From: Lentisphaerota bacterium
GTDB lineage: Bacteria; Verrucomicrobiota; Kiritimatiellia; CAIQIC01; Lenti-01
Length of the DNA stretch: 64,000 nucleotides
Assembly: GCA_012514035.1 (NCBI GenBank)
Contig: JAAZBB010000075.1
Coordinates: 876-64,875, forward strand
Reading direction: 5' to 3'
The notes below the pieces were generated by a model. That model had not been told where the DNA came from, ran no database searches, and saw nothing but the letters and a program-made list of their open reading frames with translations. The position numbers and the translations under genes were made by a program. Positions within the stretch are counted from its first letter, which is position 1. The number at the start of each line of letters is the position of its first letter. This document shows positions 1-7,454 of this stretch, in pieces.

Positions 1-178
1 GAGCCATGGGGGCCCGGTCCGGCCGGTGCCGTTCGCTCTGGCCGCCCGACAACCTATTCGCAGATGCGCCCTGGACGGCGGTTATGCCAATTCGGCAGTT
101 GGCAAGAAGGGGGGTGGACTGCTAGATTGACTGCCCGATTCTCAACGAATCCAGGTGAACCCCAGGAGAAGAAAAGTC

Positions 179-2692
179 ATGACGATCAGTGCCAAGCGGA
201 TGTTGTTCAACAACCCGATTTTGACGGATGCCCAGCTGCGGGCCGAAATTGAAAAGTGCGAATTCTGCGAAGAAAAGCCCTGCAAGGAAGCCTGCCCGTG
301 CGACTGCTCGCCGGCGGATTTCATCATGGCGGTCAAGCTGGGGACGCCTGCGGACTTCCAGCGGGCGGCAGCGGAAATCATGTCGAAGAATCCGTTTGGT
401 GGCATCTGCGGGATGGTGTGTCCGGATACGCTGTGCATGGGCGCGTGTGTGCACAAGAAGATGGACTGCGCGGTGAACATCCCGGCGGTGCAGGCGACGG
501 TCGTGGCGAAGGCGCGCGAGTACGGTGTGTTTCCGGCTTTCGCAAAGGCGAAGCTCAACGGTCGCAAGGTGGCGGTGATCGGCGCGGGCCCGGCGGGCCT
601 CGCGGCGGCGGTCACGCTGGTCCAGAAGGGCTACAAGGTCGATATTTTCGAGCAGAACGACAAGGGCGGCGGCATGTGCCGGCTGATTCCCGAACACCGG
701 CTGTACAAGGAAATGCTCGAGAAGGACGTCGCGTTCTGCCTGGGGATGGGGGGCGGCCGCATCCAGCTCAAGACCGGCCGGAAGATCACCGACCCCAAGG
801 CGCTGCTGAAGAAGGGGTACCCGGCGGTGATCGTTGCGGCGGGCCTGTGGGAGCCGATCATCCTGAATATCCCGAACAAGGAGCTGGCGATCGGCGGGAT
901 TGACTTCCTGAAGAAGCCGAAGAGCTTCGGCGTGCGCGGCAAGAAGGTGGCGGTGGTCGGCGGCGGCGCAACGGCGCTGGACTGCGCGGTGGCCGCAAAG
1001 CTTGCGGGCGCCAAGTCCGTCGAAATGATCGCGCTGGAGAATGTCGGCGAGATGCCGCTGACCGCGCGTGAAAAGCAGGACCTGGTGGAGCACGGGATCG
1101 ACGTGAACGGCCGCATGCGCGTGGTCGGGATTCTCGCCCAGGGCGGCAAGGTGGCCGGGATCCGGACGCAGAAGGTCGAGCTGCCGGCGGGGCAGGCGTT
1201 CACCGTGGGCGCGCTGAAGGATGTGGCGGGCACGGAACAGACGCGCTCGGACATCCGGGCGGTCATCATGGCGATCGGCGCGCGCGGGACGATTCCCGTC
1301 AAGCCGGCCAAGGGCGTGTATTACGCGGGCGACATGGCGAATGGCCCGACCTTCGTGGTGACGGCTTCGGGCGCGGGCAAGAACTGCGCGATGGCGGTGG
1401 ATGCGGAACTGAACCGCCGGAAGGCCCCGAAGGTGCCTGATCCGAAGAAGAGCCGCGTGCTGGTCGAAGGCTACAACATGGTACCGGTTTCGCTGGAGAC
1501 CGATTTCTTCGGTCGCAAGCTGATCAACCCGTTCCTGCTGTCGGCGTCGCCGGCGTCGGACGGCTACGAGCAGATGAAGAAGGCCTATGAAGCAGGCTGG
1601 GCGGGCGGCATCATGAAGACCGCCTTTGACAACCTGCCGATCCACATCCCGGCGGCCTACATGACCTGCTTCAACGGCTCGACGTGGGGCAACTGCGACA
1701 ACGTGTCGGACCACCCGATTGACCGGGTGTGCCGGGAAGTCAAGCGGCTGATCAAGGAGTATCCGGACCGCTTGACCGGCGCGTCTACCGGCGGCAACGT
1801 GTCGGGCAACGACGAAAGCGACCGCAAGAGCTGGCAGAGCAACACGCGCAAGCTGGAGAAGGCGGGCGCGATGGTGATCGAATACAGCCTGTCCTGCCCG
1901 CAGGGCGGCGAAGGCGCTGAGGGCGACATCGTCTCGCAGAACGCGGCGCTGTCGGCCAAGATCATCGGCTGGGTGCTGGAAGTCGGCAACCCCGGTATTC
2001 CCAAGCTGTTCAAGCTGACCAGCGCGGTGACCGACATCAAGAGCATCCTGAAGGCGATCAAGCCGGTGCTGGAGAAGCATCCGAAATCGAAGGCGGGCGT
2101 GACGCTGGCGAACACCTTCCCGTCGCTGGCGTTCAAGCCGGGCCCGAAGGTCTGGGAGGACGGCGTGGTCGTGGGCATCAGTGGCGAGGGCATCACCCCG
2201 GTCAGCTACCTGTGCCTCGCGAGCGCCGGCGGCCTGGGGGTGACCATCTCCGGCAATGCCGGCCCGGTGAACTACAAGGCGGCGGCGGACTTCCTGGCGC
2301 TGGGCACCAACACCGTGCAGTTCTGCACCGTGGTTGAGAAGCATGGCTACCCGATCATTAACGAGCTGTGCTCGGGCCTGAGCCACCTGATGCAGGCGCG
2401 CGGGATCAAGTCGGTTTCCCAGCTGGTGGGCATCGCCCAGCCCGACCCGATCCGCGGGTTCATGGACCTGGACGGCACCAAGCAGATTTCCAACTGCACC
2501 GACGACCTGTGCGTCCAGTGCGGCAACTGTACGCGCTGCCCGTATCTGGCCATTTCGCTGAACGCGGACGGCTATCCGGAAACCGATCCGTCCAAGTGCA
2601 TCGGATGCAGCCTGTGCGTGCTGCAGTGCCCCGCGAAGGCGCTGCGCCTGCGCGACCGTACCCCGAAAGAGAAGCAGGCAATGCACGCCTAG
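179..2692 (+). CDS. Dihydropyrimidine-dehydrogenase-like Fe-S flavoprotein; single-polypeptide fusion of a PreT/GltD-like half (Fe-S + FAD/NADPH) and a PreA/DHODH-like half (FMN barrel + 2x[4Fe-4S]); YgfK-like
   Basis: ORF 155..2692. N-terminal Cys cluster CEFCEEKPCKEACPCDC. Two Rossmann motifs: VAVIGAGPAGLAAA and VAVVGGGATALDCA. DHODH/DPD-type barrel region. C-terminal CVQCGNCTRCP and CIGCSLCVLQCP ferredoxin motifs. AGGAGA lies 9 nt upstream of the ATG at 179. Confidence 0.7.
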   Translation: MTISAKRMLFNNPILTDAQLRAEIEKCEFCEEKPCKEACPCDCSPADFIMAVKLGTPADFQRAAAEIMSKNPFGGICGMVCPDTLCMGACVHKKMDCAVNIPAVQATVVAKAREYGVFPAFAKAKLNGRKVAVIGAGPAGLAAAVTLVQKGYKVDIFEQNDKGGGMCRLIPEHRLYKEMLEKDVAFCLGMGGGRIQLKTGRKITDPKALLKKGYPAVIVAAGLWEPIILNIPNKELAIGGIDFLKKPKSFGVRGKKVAVVGGGATALDCAVAAKLAGAKSVEMIALENVGEMPLTAREKQDLVEHGIDVNGRMRVVGILAQGGKVAGIRTQKVELPAGQAFTVGALKDVAGTEQTRSDIRAVIMAIGARGTIPVKPAKGVYYAGDMANGPTFVVTASGAGKNCAMAVDAELNRRKAPKVPDPKKSRVLVEGYNMVPVSLETDFFGRKLINPFLLSASPASDGYEQMKKAYEAGWAGGIMKTAFDNLPIHIPAAYMTCFNGSTWGNCDNVSDHPIDRVCREVKRLIKEYPDRLTGASTGGNVSGNDESDRKSWQSNTRKLEKAGAMVIEYSLSCPQGGEGAEGDIVSQNAALSAKIIGWVLEVGNPGIPKLFKLTSAVTDIKSILKAIKPVLEKHPKSKAGVTLANTFPSLAFKPGPKVWEDGVVVGISGEGITPVSYLCLASAGGLGVTISGNAGPVNYKAAADFLALGTNTVQFCTVVEKHGYPIINELCSGLSHLMQARGIKSVSQLVGIAQPDPIRGFMDLDGTKQISNCTDDLCVQCGNCTRCPYLAISLNADGYPETDPSKCIGCSLCVLQCPAKALRLRDRTPKEKQAMHA

Positions 2693-2757
2693 CCATCCGC
2701 TCACGGGGGCCGTCCGGCCCCCGTGATTCGTTTGAACACCCAAAAGAGGAGAACAAC

Positions 2758-4110
2758 ATGGCGCAGAAGAAGAGCAAGTCCCTGCTGATCACCAACGGAA
2801 TCGTGGTGACCCTGGGCGAGAACAACAAGATCATCAGCGACGGCGCGGTACTGGTGGTGGACGGCGTGATCCAGGCGGTCGGCAAGGCCGCGGCGGTGAA
2901 GAAGCAGGCGCGCGGTGCGCAGGTGCTGGACGCCGGGGGCAAGGTCATCATGCCGGGCTTCATCAATGCCCACATGCACCTGTATTCTACGTTCTGCCGC
3001 GGGCTCTCGCCCAAGCAGCCGCCGGCCAGGAACTTCGTGGAAGTGCTCGAGCGCCTGTGGTGGCCGCTGGACAACGCCCTGAACGGCAAGGACGTGCTCT
3101 ACAGCAGCCTGATTCCGCTGATTGACTGCATCAAGAACGGCACGACCACCATCATTGACCACCACGAAAGTCAGAGCTTCCAGACCGGCAGCCTGTCGGT
3201 CATCGAAAAAGCCTGCCGCCAGGCCGGGGTGCGCAGCGTGCTGACGCTGGGCATTTCCGACCGCTACAAGAAGGGCGAGGAAGGCATCGCGGAGAACGTT
3301 CAGTTTCTCAAGAAGATCCAGGCCAAGCGGAAAAAGGGCGACGATCTGGTATCGGCGATGATGGGCCTGCACGCGCTGTTTACGGTGAACAACAAGTCGC
3401 TGAAGAAATCCTGCGACCTGGCCCGGGAGTTCGACTGCGGGATGCACGTGCATGTCGCCGAAGACAAGGCCGACCAGGTGGCGAACAAGAAGCAGTACGG
3501 CCAGTCGGTGATCGAGCGGCTGCATGCGGCGGGCGGGTTGGGCCCCAAGACGCTGGCGATTCACTGCGTGCATGTCAGCGACAAGGAAATCGGGCTGATG
3601 GCCAAAACCGGCACCTGTGCGGTGCACAATCCTGAATCCAACATGAACAACGCGGTGGGCGTTTCCCCCGTGATGAAGATGATGGAGAAGGGCGTGCTGG
3701 TCGGGCTGGGCACGGACGCCATGACCACCGACATGAAGGCGGAAGTCCGCGTGGCCAACGTTTTCCACAAGCACGCCGCGCAGAATTCGCAGGTGTTCTT
3801 TGTCGAGGCATGCAATCTGCTGATGAAGAACAACGCGCAGATCGCCAGCCGGTTCTTCAACCGCCCGGTGGGCGCGCTGAAGAAGGGGTGCTACGGCGAC
3901 GTGGTGGTGATGGACTACGAGCCGCCGACCCCGATGAACGGCAACACGTTCCTGGGCCACTACCTGTTCGGCATCTGCGCGGCGCGGGTGGATTCCACCA
4001 TCGTGAACGGCAAGGTGCTGATGCAGGGCGGCCAGTTGAAGGGCCTCAACGAGAAGAAAATCTGCGCCGAGTCCCGCAAGCAGGCGGCCGACTTCTGGAA
4101 GCGGTTCTGA
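2758..4110 (+). CDS. SsnA-like metal-dependent amidohydrolase (chlorohydrolase/aminohydrolase family)
   Basis: Internal ATG of ORF 2368..4110, preceded by AAGAGGAG. N-terminal LITNGIVVTLGE...GKVIMPGFINAHMHLYS HxH metal motif. About 450 aa. Adjacent to the DPD/YgfK-like gene, as in the ygfK-ssnA arrangement. Confidence 0.65.
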   Translation: MAQKKSKSLLITNGIVVTLGENNKIISDGAVLVVDGVIQAVGKAAAVKKQARGAQVLDAGGKVIMPGFINAHMHLYSTFCRGLSPKQPPARNFVEVLERLWWPLDNALNGKDVLYSSLIPLIDCIKNGTTTIIDHHESQSFQTGSLSVIEKACRQAGVRSVLTLGISDRYKKGEEGIAENVQFLKKIQAKRKKGDDLVSAMMGLHALFTVNNKSLKKSCDLAREFDCGMHVHVAEDKADQVANKKQYGQSVIERLHAAGGLGPKTLAIHCVHVSDKEIGLMAKTGTCAVHNPESNMNNAVGVSPVMKMMEKGVLVGLGTDAMTTDMKAEVRVANVFHKHAAQNSQVFFVEACNLLMKNNAQIASRFFNRPVGALKKGCYGDVVVMDYEPPTPMNGNTFLGHYLFGICAARVDSTIVNGKVLMQGGQLKGLNEKKICAESRKQAADFWKRF

Positions 4111-4226
4111 GCGGTGTTGTCCGGGCGTACTTCGCCGGGTTCGAGTTGACGACCTGGCGCGGTGGATCAAGTCGGGCATAGAATGAGCCGGAACGGGCTG
4201 TCGTCCCGGCAGGAAATGGAAATGCC

Positions 4227-5144
4227 ATGAATCAGCTGGATCTGACCTTCTTGAAATGGCTGCAAGAGCAACGCACGCCGGCGATGGAGGAGTTCTTTCT
4301 TCGCGTCACGAGGGGAGGGGAAGGATTTTGGATTCTGGCCGCCGCAGCCACCCTGTTCTGGTTGTTTGGAGCACGCATCGGATATCGGGTTGGCTTTGCG
4401 CTGGCCGCGGGCGATTTGCTGACTGGAGCCTTGAAAAACATATGCGGGATTCCACGGCCCTGGCTGCGTGATCCCGCCATCCTGCCTGTGCCCCAGGCAC
4501 AATGGACGGCCTTCGGTTATTCCTTTCCCAGCGGACACACGGCCAATACCGCCTTGCTCTGGGGCGGGCTGGGAGCGGCATGTCGCCGGGGATGGCTTTG
4601 GATTCCCATCCTGCTGTGGATCGGCCTCATGGCCATGTCGCGGATGGTGCTGGGTGTCCACACGCCCATGGATGTGGTCGGATCGCTGGTCCTGGCCCTT
4701 CCGGTCATTTGGTTCATGGGCCGCATTTATGATTGGACGGAACAACATCCTTCCCGCAGGGGGTGGGTACTGGCGGGTGCGGTCCTGCTGGCGGGGTTGG
4801 TCTGGGGGATTGTTCGTTTCAAGCCCGTGCCGGAAGGCGGCGATCTCCATTTTGCCCGGGATGCCTATCGGTCAATCTGGGGCCTGCTGGGCTTTTTCGG
4901 CGGCTGGTTCGTGGAAAGACAATACGTCCGTTTTAATCCCGGGGCCCTGGGGGCCTATCGGCTGGTGGGTGTTGCGATGGGAGTGATCGTGCTGGCTCTG
5001 ATGCAAGAGAATCTCGTCCGCCTGCTGGCCCCGGGCCTCGGATCGGAGATCGCGTCGTATGTGGCGGCGGCGGCCAATCCCGTCTGGATTCTGGTGGTCT
5101 GGCCCGCTCTGCTCAAGGGGCTGGAAAAACCTGCTGGGCGGTGA
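4227..5144 (+). CDS. PAP2-family phosphatase (phosphatidic acid / undecaprenyl-diphosphate phosphatase-like) membrane protein
   Basis: PAP2 signature motifs KxxxxxxRP (KNICGIPRPW), PSGH (FPSGHTANTA) and SRxxxxxHxxxD (SRMVLGVHTPMD). Multiple TM segments. Confidence 0.7.
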   Translation: MNQLDLTFLKWLQEQRTPAMEEFFLRVTRGGEGFWILAAAATLFWLFGARIGYRVGFALAAGDLLTGALKNICGIPRPWLRDPAILPVPQAQWTAFGYSFPSGHTANTALLWGGLGAACRRGWLWIPILLWIGLMAMSRMVLGVHTPMDVVGSLVLALPVIWFMGRIYDWTEQHPSRRGWVLAGAVLLAGLVWGIVRFKPVPEGGDLHFARDAYRSIWGLLGFFGGWFVERQYVRFNPGALGAYRLVGVAMGVIVLALMQENLVRLLAPGLGSEIASYVAAAANPVWILVVWPALLKGLEKPAGR

Positions 5145-5158
5145 AGGACGTGTGCGGC

Positions 5159-6112
5159 CTAGCTTGCCGCACCGGCAGGGGACGACCCCTGCATTTCCAG
5201 CAGACGGCGAATGCGTTCTTCCGTGGGCGGATGAGTTCCAAAGATATTGAACGAGCCGGCGGCGGCCTGCGGGTTGATGGCATACATGGGGGCGACCACG
5301 CGATTGACGGGTATTTTCCTGGGGTCCTGTTGCGCGGCAATCTTGCGCAGGGCATTGGCCAGGCCGGCGGGATAGCGGGTGAACCGCGCGGCCGAGGCGT
5401 CGGCCAGATATTCGCGCTGCCGCGAACAGGCAAAATACAGCAAACGGGCCGCCAGGGGAGCCAGAATGGCCAGGATCAAGGTGGCCGCCACCAGGATGAC
5501 CATGGCGGGACCGCTGTTGCGACTGTTGGAGGAACGTCGGCGTCCGCCTCCCCAGAACATCGTGCGCATTCCAAGGTCTGCCAGCAGCACGATGGCCCCG
5601 AGGGTCACACCCGCCAAGGTCATGAACAACGTGTCGCGGTTCGAGATATGCCCCAGTTCATGCGCAATAACGCCCTGCAACTCATCCCGGTTCAATCGTT
5701 CAAGGAGGCCGGTTGTGACGGCGACGCAGGCGCGTTCCGGCTTGAGCCCGACGGCAAAGGCGTTGGGCACGGGGGTGTCGATGATGTATACCCGCGGCAT
5801 CGCCGGCAGGGCCGCCGAGATACGCATTTCCTCGACGATATTGTACAACTGCGGGGCCTGCTCGTGGGACACCTCGCGGGCGTTGGCCGATGACAGCAGA
5901 ACCGATTCCCCGCCCATCATGTTGATCAGCAGCATGACGCCCCAGATGCAAAGCCCCGCGAGCATACCCAGGGAAAGGAACTGGGAAGAACCGCCCCATA
6001 GCCAGCCCAGGGAGCCTCCCAGGGCGGCCAGCAGCAGCGCCAGGATGGCGATCAGCCAGGCAGACCGCCGTTTGTTGGCGGCGATGGCTTCCCACATGGC
6101 GGGAGTGCTCAT
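5159..6112 (-). CDS. htpX: Zinc metalloprotease HtpX (M48 family)
   Basis: HELGHISNRD zincin motif. N-terminal TM helices. Typical length of 317 aa. Confidence 0.85.
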   Translation of the reverse strand: MSTPAMWEAIAANKRRSAWLIAILALLLAALGGSLGWLWGGSSQFLSLGMLAGLCIWGVMLLINMMGGESVLLSSANAREVSHEQAPQLYNIVEEMRISAALPAMPRVYIIDTPVPNAFAVGLKPERACVAVTTGLLERLNRDELQGVIAHELGHISNRDTLFMTLAGVTLGAIVLLADLGMRTMFWGGGRRRSSNSRNSGPAMVILVAATLILAILAPLAARLLYFACSRQREYLADASAARFTRYPAGLANALRKIAAQQDPRKIPVNRVVAPMYAINPQAAAGSFNIFGTHPPTEERIRRLLEMQGSSPAGAAS

Positions 6113-6186
6113 GGTTTACAGGCCGGGTTTCGGATGCCGGTCATCAGCTGCGCAATTGAACCGGCGGCGGACATCTGCCGGATTCG

Positions 6187-6741
6187 CTAGAATTTGACCT
6201 GGGGCACGGCGCGCTCGGCGGCATCCGTCAATTCGAACAGATCACGTTTCGAGAAACCAGCCGGTCCGGCCACCATGTTGGCCGGAATGGACTGAATCTT
6301 GTTGTTGTAGCGGGTCACGCTGTCGTTGTACGCCTGCCGGGCAAAGGAGATTTTATTCTCGGTGGAGGACAACTCTTCCTGCAAGGCAAGGAAATTGGCC
6401 GATGCCTTCAGGTCTGGATATCGTTCGACATTGACCATCAAGCCGCGCAGGGCGCCGGAGAGGGCGGCTTCGGCGGGCCCGGCCTCGGCAGGCCCGTGAG
6501 CATTCATGGCGGCGGTGCGCAGCTTGGTGATGGCTTCGAAGGTCGCGCGCTCATGTCCCATGTAGCCCTTGACGGTTTCAATGAGATTGGGAATGAGGTC
6601 ATGCCGGCGTTTGAGCTGCACGTCAATCTGGGCCCAGGCGTTGTCCACGTAGTTGCGCAGATGAACAAGGCCATTGTAAATCGATATGAACCAGAGGAAA
6701 AGAGCGACCAAAAGCCCAAGAACGATCCATAATGGAGCCAT
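6187..6741 (-). CDS. lemA: LemA family membrane protein
   Basis: Internal Met (MAPLWIVLGLL...) of ORF 6187..6984, preceded by AAAGGA. The sequence YNGLVHLRNYVDNAWAQIDVQLKRRHDLIPNLIETVKGY is typical of LemA. HtpX-LemA gene pairing. Confidence 0.75.
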   Translation of the reverse strand: MAPLWIVLGLLVALFLWFISIYNGLVHLRNYVDNAWAQIDVQLKRRHDLIPNLIETVKGYMGHERATFEAITKLRTAAMNAHGPAEAGPAEAALSGALRGLMVNVERYPDLKASANFLALQEELSSTENKISFARQAYNDSVTRYNNKIQSIPANMVAGPAGFSKRDLFELTDAAERAVPQVKF

Positions 6742-6975
6742 GATGGTTATCCTTTCACTGGCGCCTGCACCTTGCACGCGCCGGAACTGGAAACAAGCAT
6801 ACACCCGCCCGGCGAAAATACAAGCGGCAAGAGACTCTTGCAAAACTCCAAAAATGCATCGAACGTAGACGCACAGTCCACAACAGGAAGTAGGGGCCTG
6901 CCTCAAAGTTGACGCGACGCCCTCGGCGCGTGAGGTTTTGCAAATGCCTCGGCAAGACTGTTTCAACCGGATGAA

Positions 6976-7323
6976 GGGGGGCACATCCCCGTTTCATTGA
7001 CCGACCGGAATCGAACCGCCGTCTTCCATGGTTGGCTATTTTAAGAGTGCGGAGACAAGGTGCTTGGCAGCGAGGCGCTCGCCGAGCCTCGCTTTCCGCC
7101 GCACTCCAAATTGCGCGGCTTGGTTTGGAGTGCGGGGACAACGACCAACGGGAGGCGGCCCCGCTTTGGCTGTTCCGGCTGTTGGCTGTTCCGGCTGTTG
7201 GCTGTTCCGGCTGCTACTTCGGCTGCCCCCCCAAAAAAAAGCGGCGTGGCGCTCGCCGGGCCTCGCTTCCCGCCGCACTCCAAATTTGGCCGATCGTTGT
7301 CATCGAAACAGGGATGCGCCCCC
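6976..7323. repeat. MITE/REP-like dispersed element, copy 1 (most complete, about 350 bp). Imperfect terminal inverted repeats GGGGGCACATCCCCGTTTCATTGACCG / CGATCGTTGTCATCGAAACAGGGATGCGCCCCC. Internal modules: M2 (GCGTGGCGCTCGCCGAGCCTCGCTTCCCGCCGCACTCCAAAT), M3 (TTTGGAGTGCGGGGACAACGACCAACGGGAGGCGGCCCCGCTTTGGCTGTT), a GGCTGTTCC microsatellite and a C7A8 tract.
   Basis: Direct sequence comparison with 7 other copies in this window (10285, 13790, 28803, 29625, 33549, 42231, 45992). The ORFs called across it (6755..7141, 7028..7414, 7032..7436, 7036..7278, 7041..7472, 7060..7476) are low-complexity and mutually overlapping. Confidence 0.7.
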
Positions 7324-7454
7324 GGATGGCTTGGCATACAAACCGTCCCGGAGCCCGCTATGGCGGCTGTTTGCGCGGAGGGGAGGGGGCAGGGAATCGC
7401 CCGAGCCCGTCTGAATATGTTTTTTTGCAGGTTTGACTTGCGGAAGAATGGGCG

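Noticed and set aside
122-2743. 873-aa minus-strand ORF antisense to the DPD-like gene. Similar very long antisense ORFs: 2701..4179(-), 10455..11846(+), 15151..16398(-), 16399..17475(-), 16587..18122(+), 18348..20159(+), 19243..20196(-), 20066..21178(+), 21730..24789(-), 24834..26138(-), 38675..40426(-), 40468..42102(-), 46102..48018(+), 47798..49303(+), 56253..57323(-).
   Set aside because: Each overlaps, on the opposite strand, a gene with clear family motifs. Their products are Arg/Ala/Gly/Pro/His-rich low-complexity strings typical of stop-codon-poor antisense frames in 63% GC DNA. No motifs are present.
6976-7030. tRNA-like segment at the MITE terminus (reverse complement reads ...GGCGGTTCGATTCCGGTCGGTCA..., resembling a T-arm GGTTCGAATCC)
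   Set aside because: T-stem pairing is only 3/5. No acceptor stem, D-arm or anticodon arm can be built. Other copies carry the same partial motif. This is at most a tRNA-derived relic of the element, not a tRNA gene.
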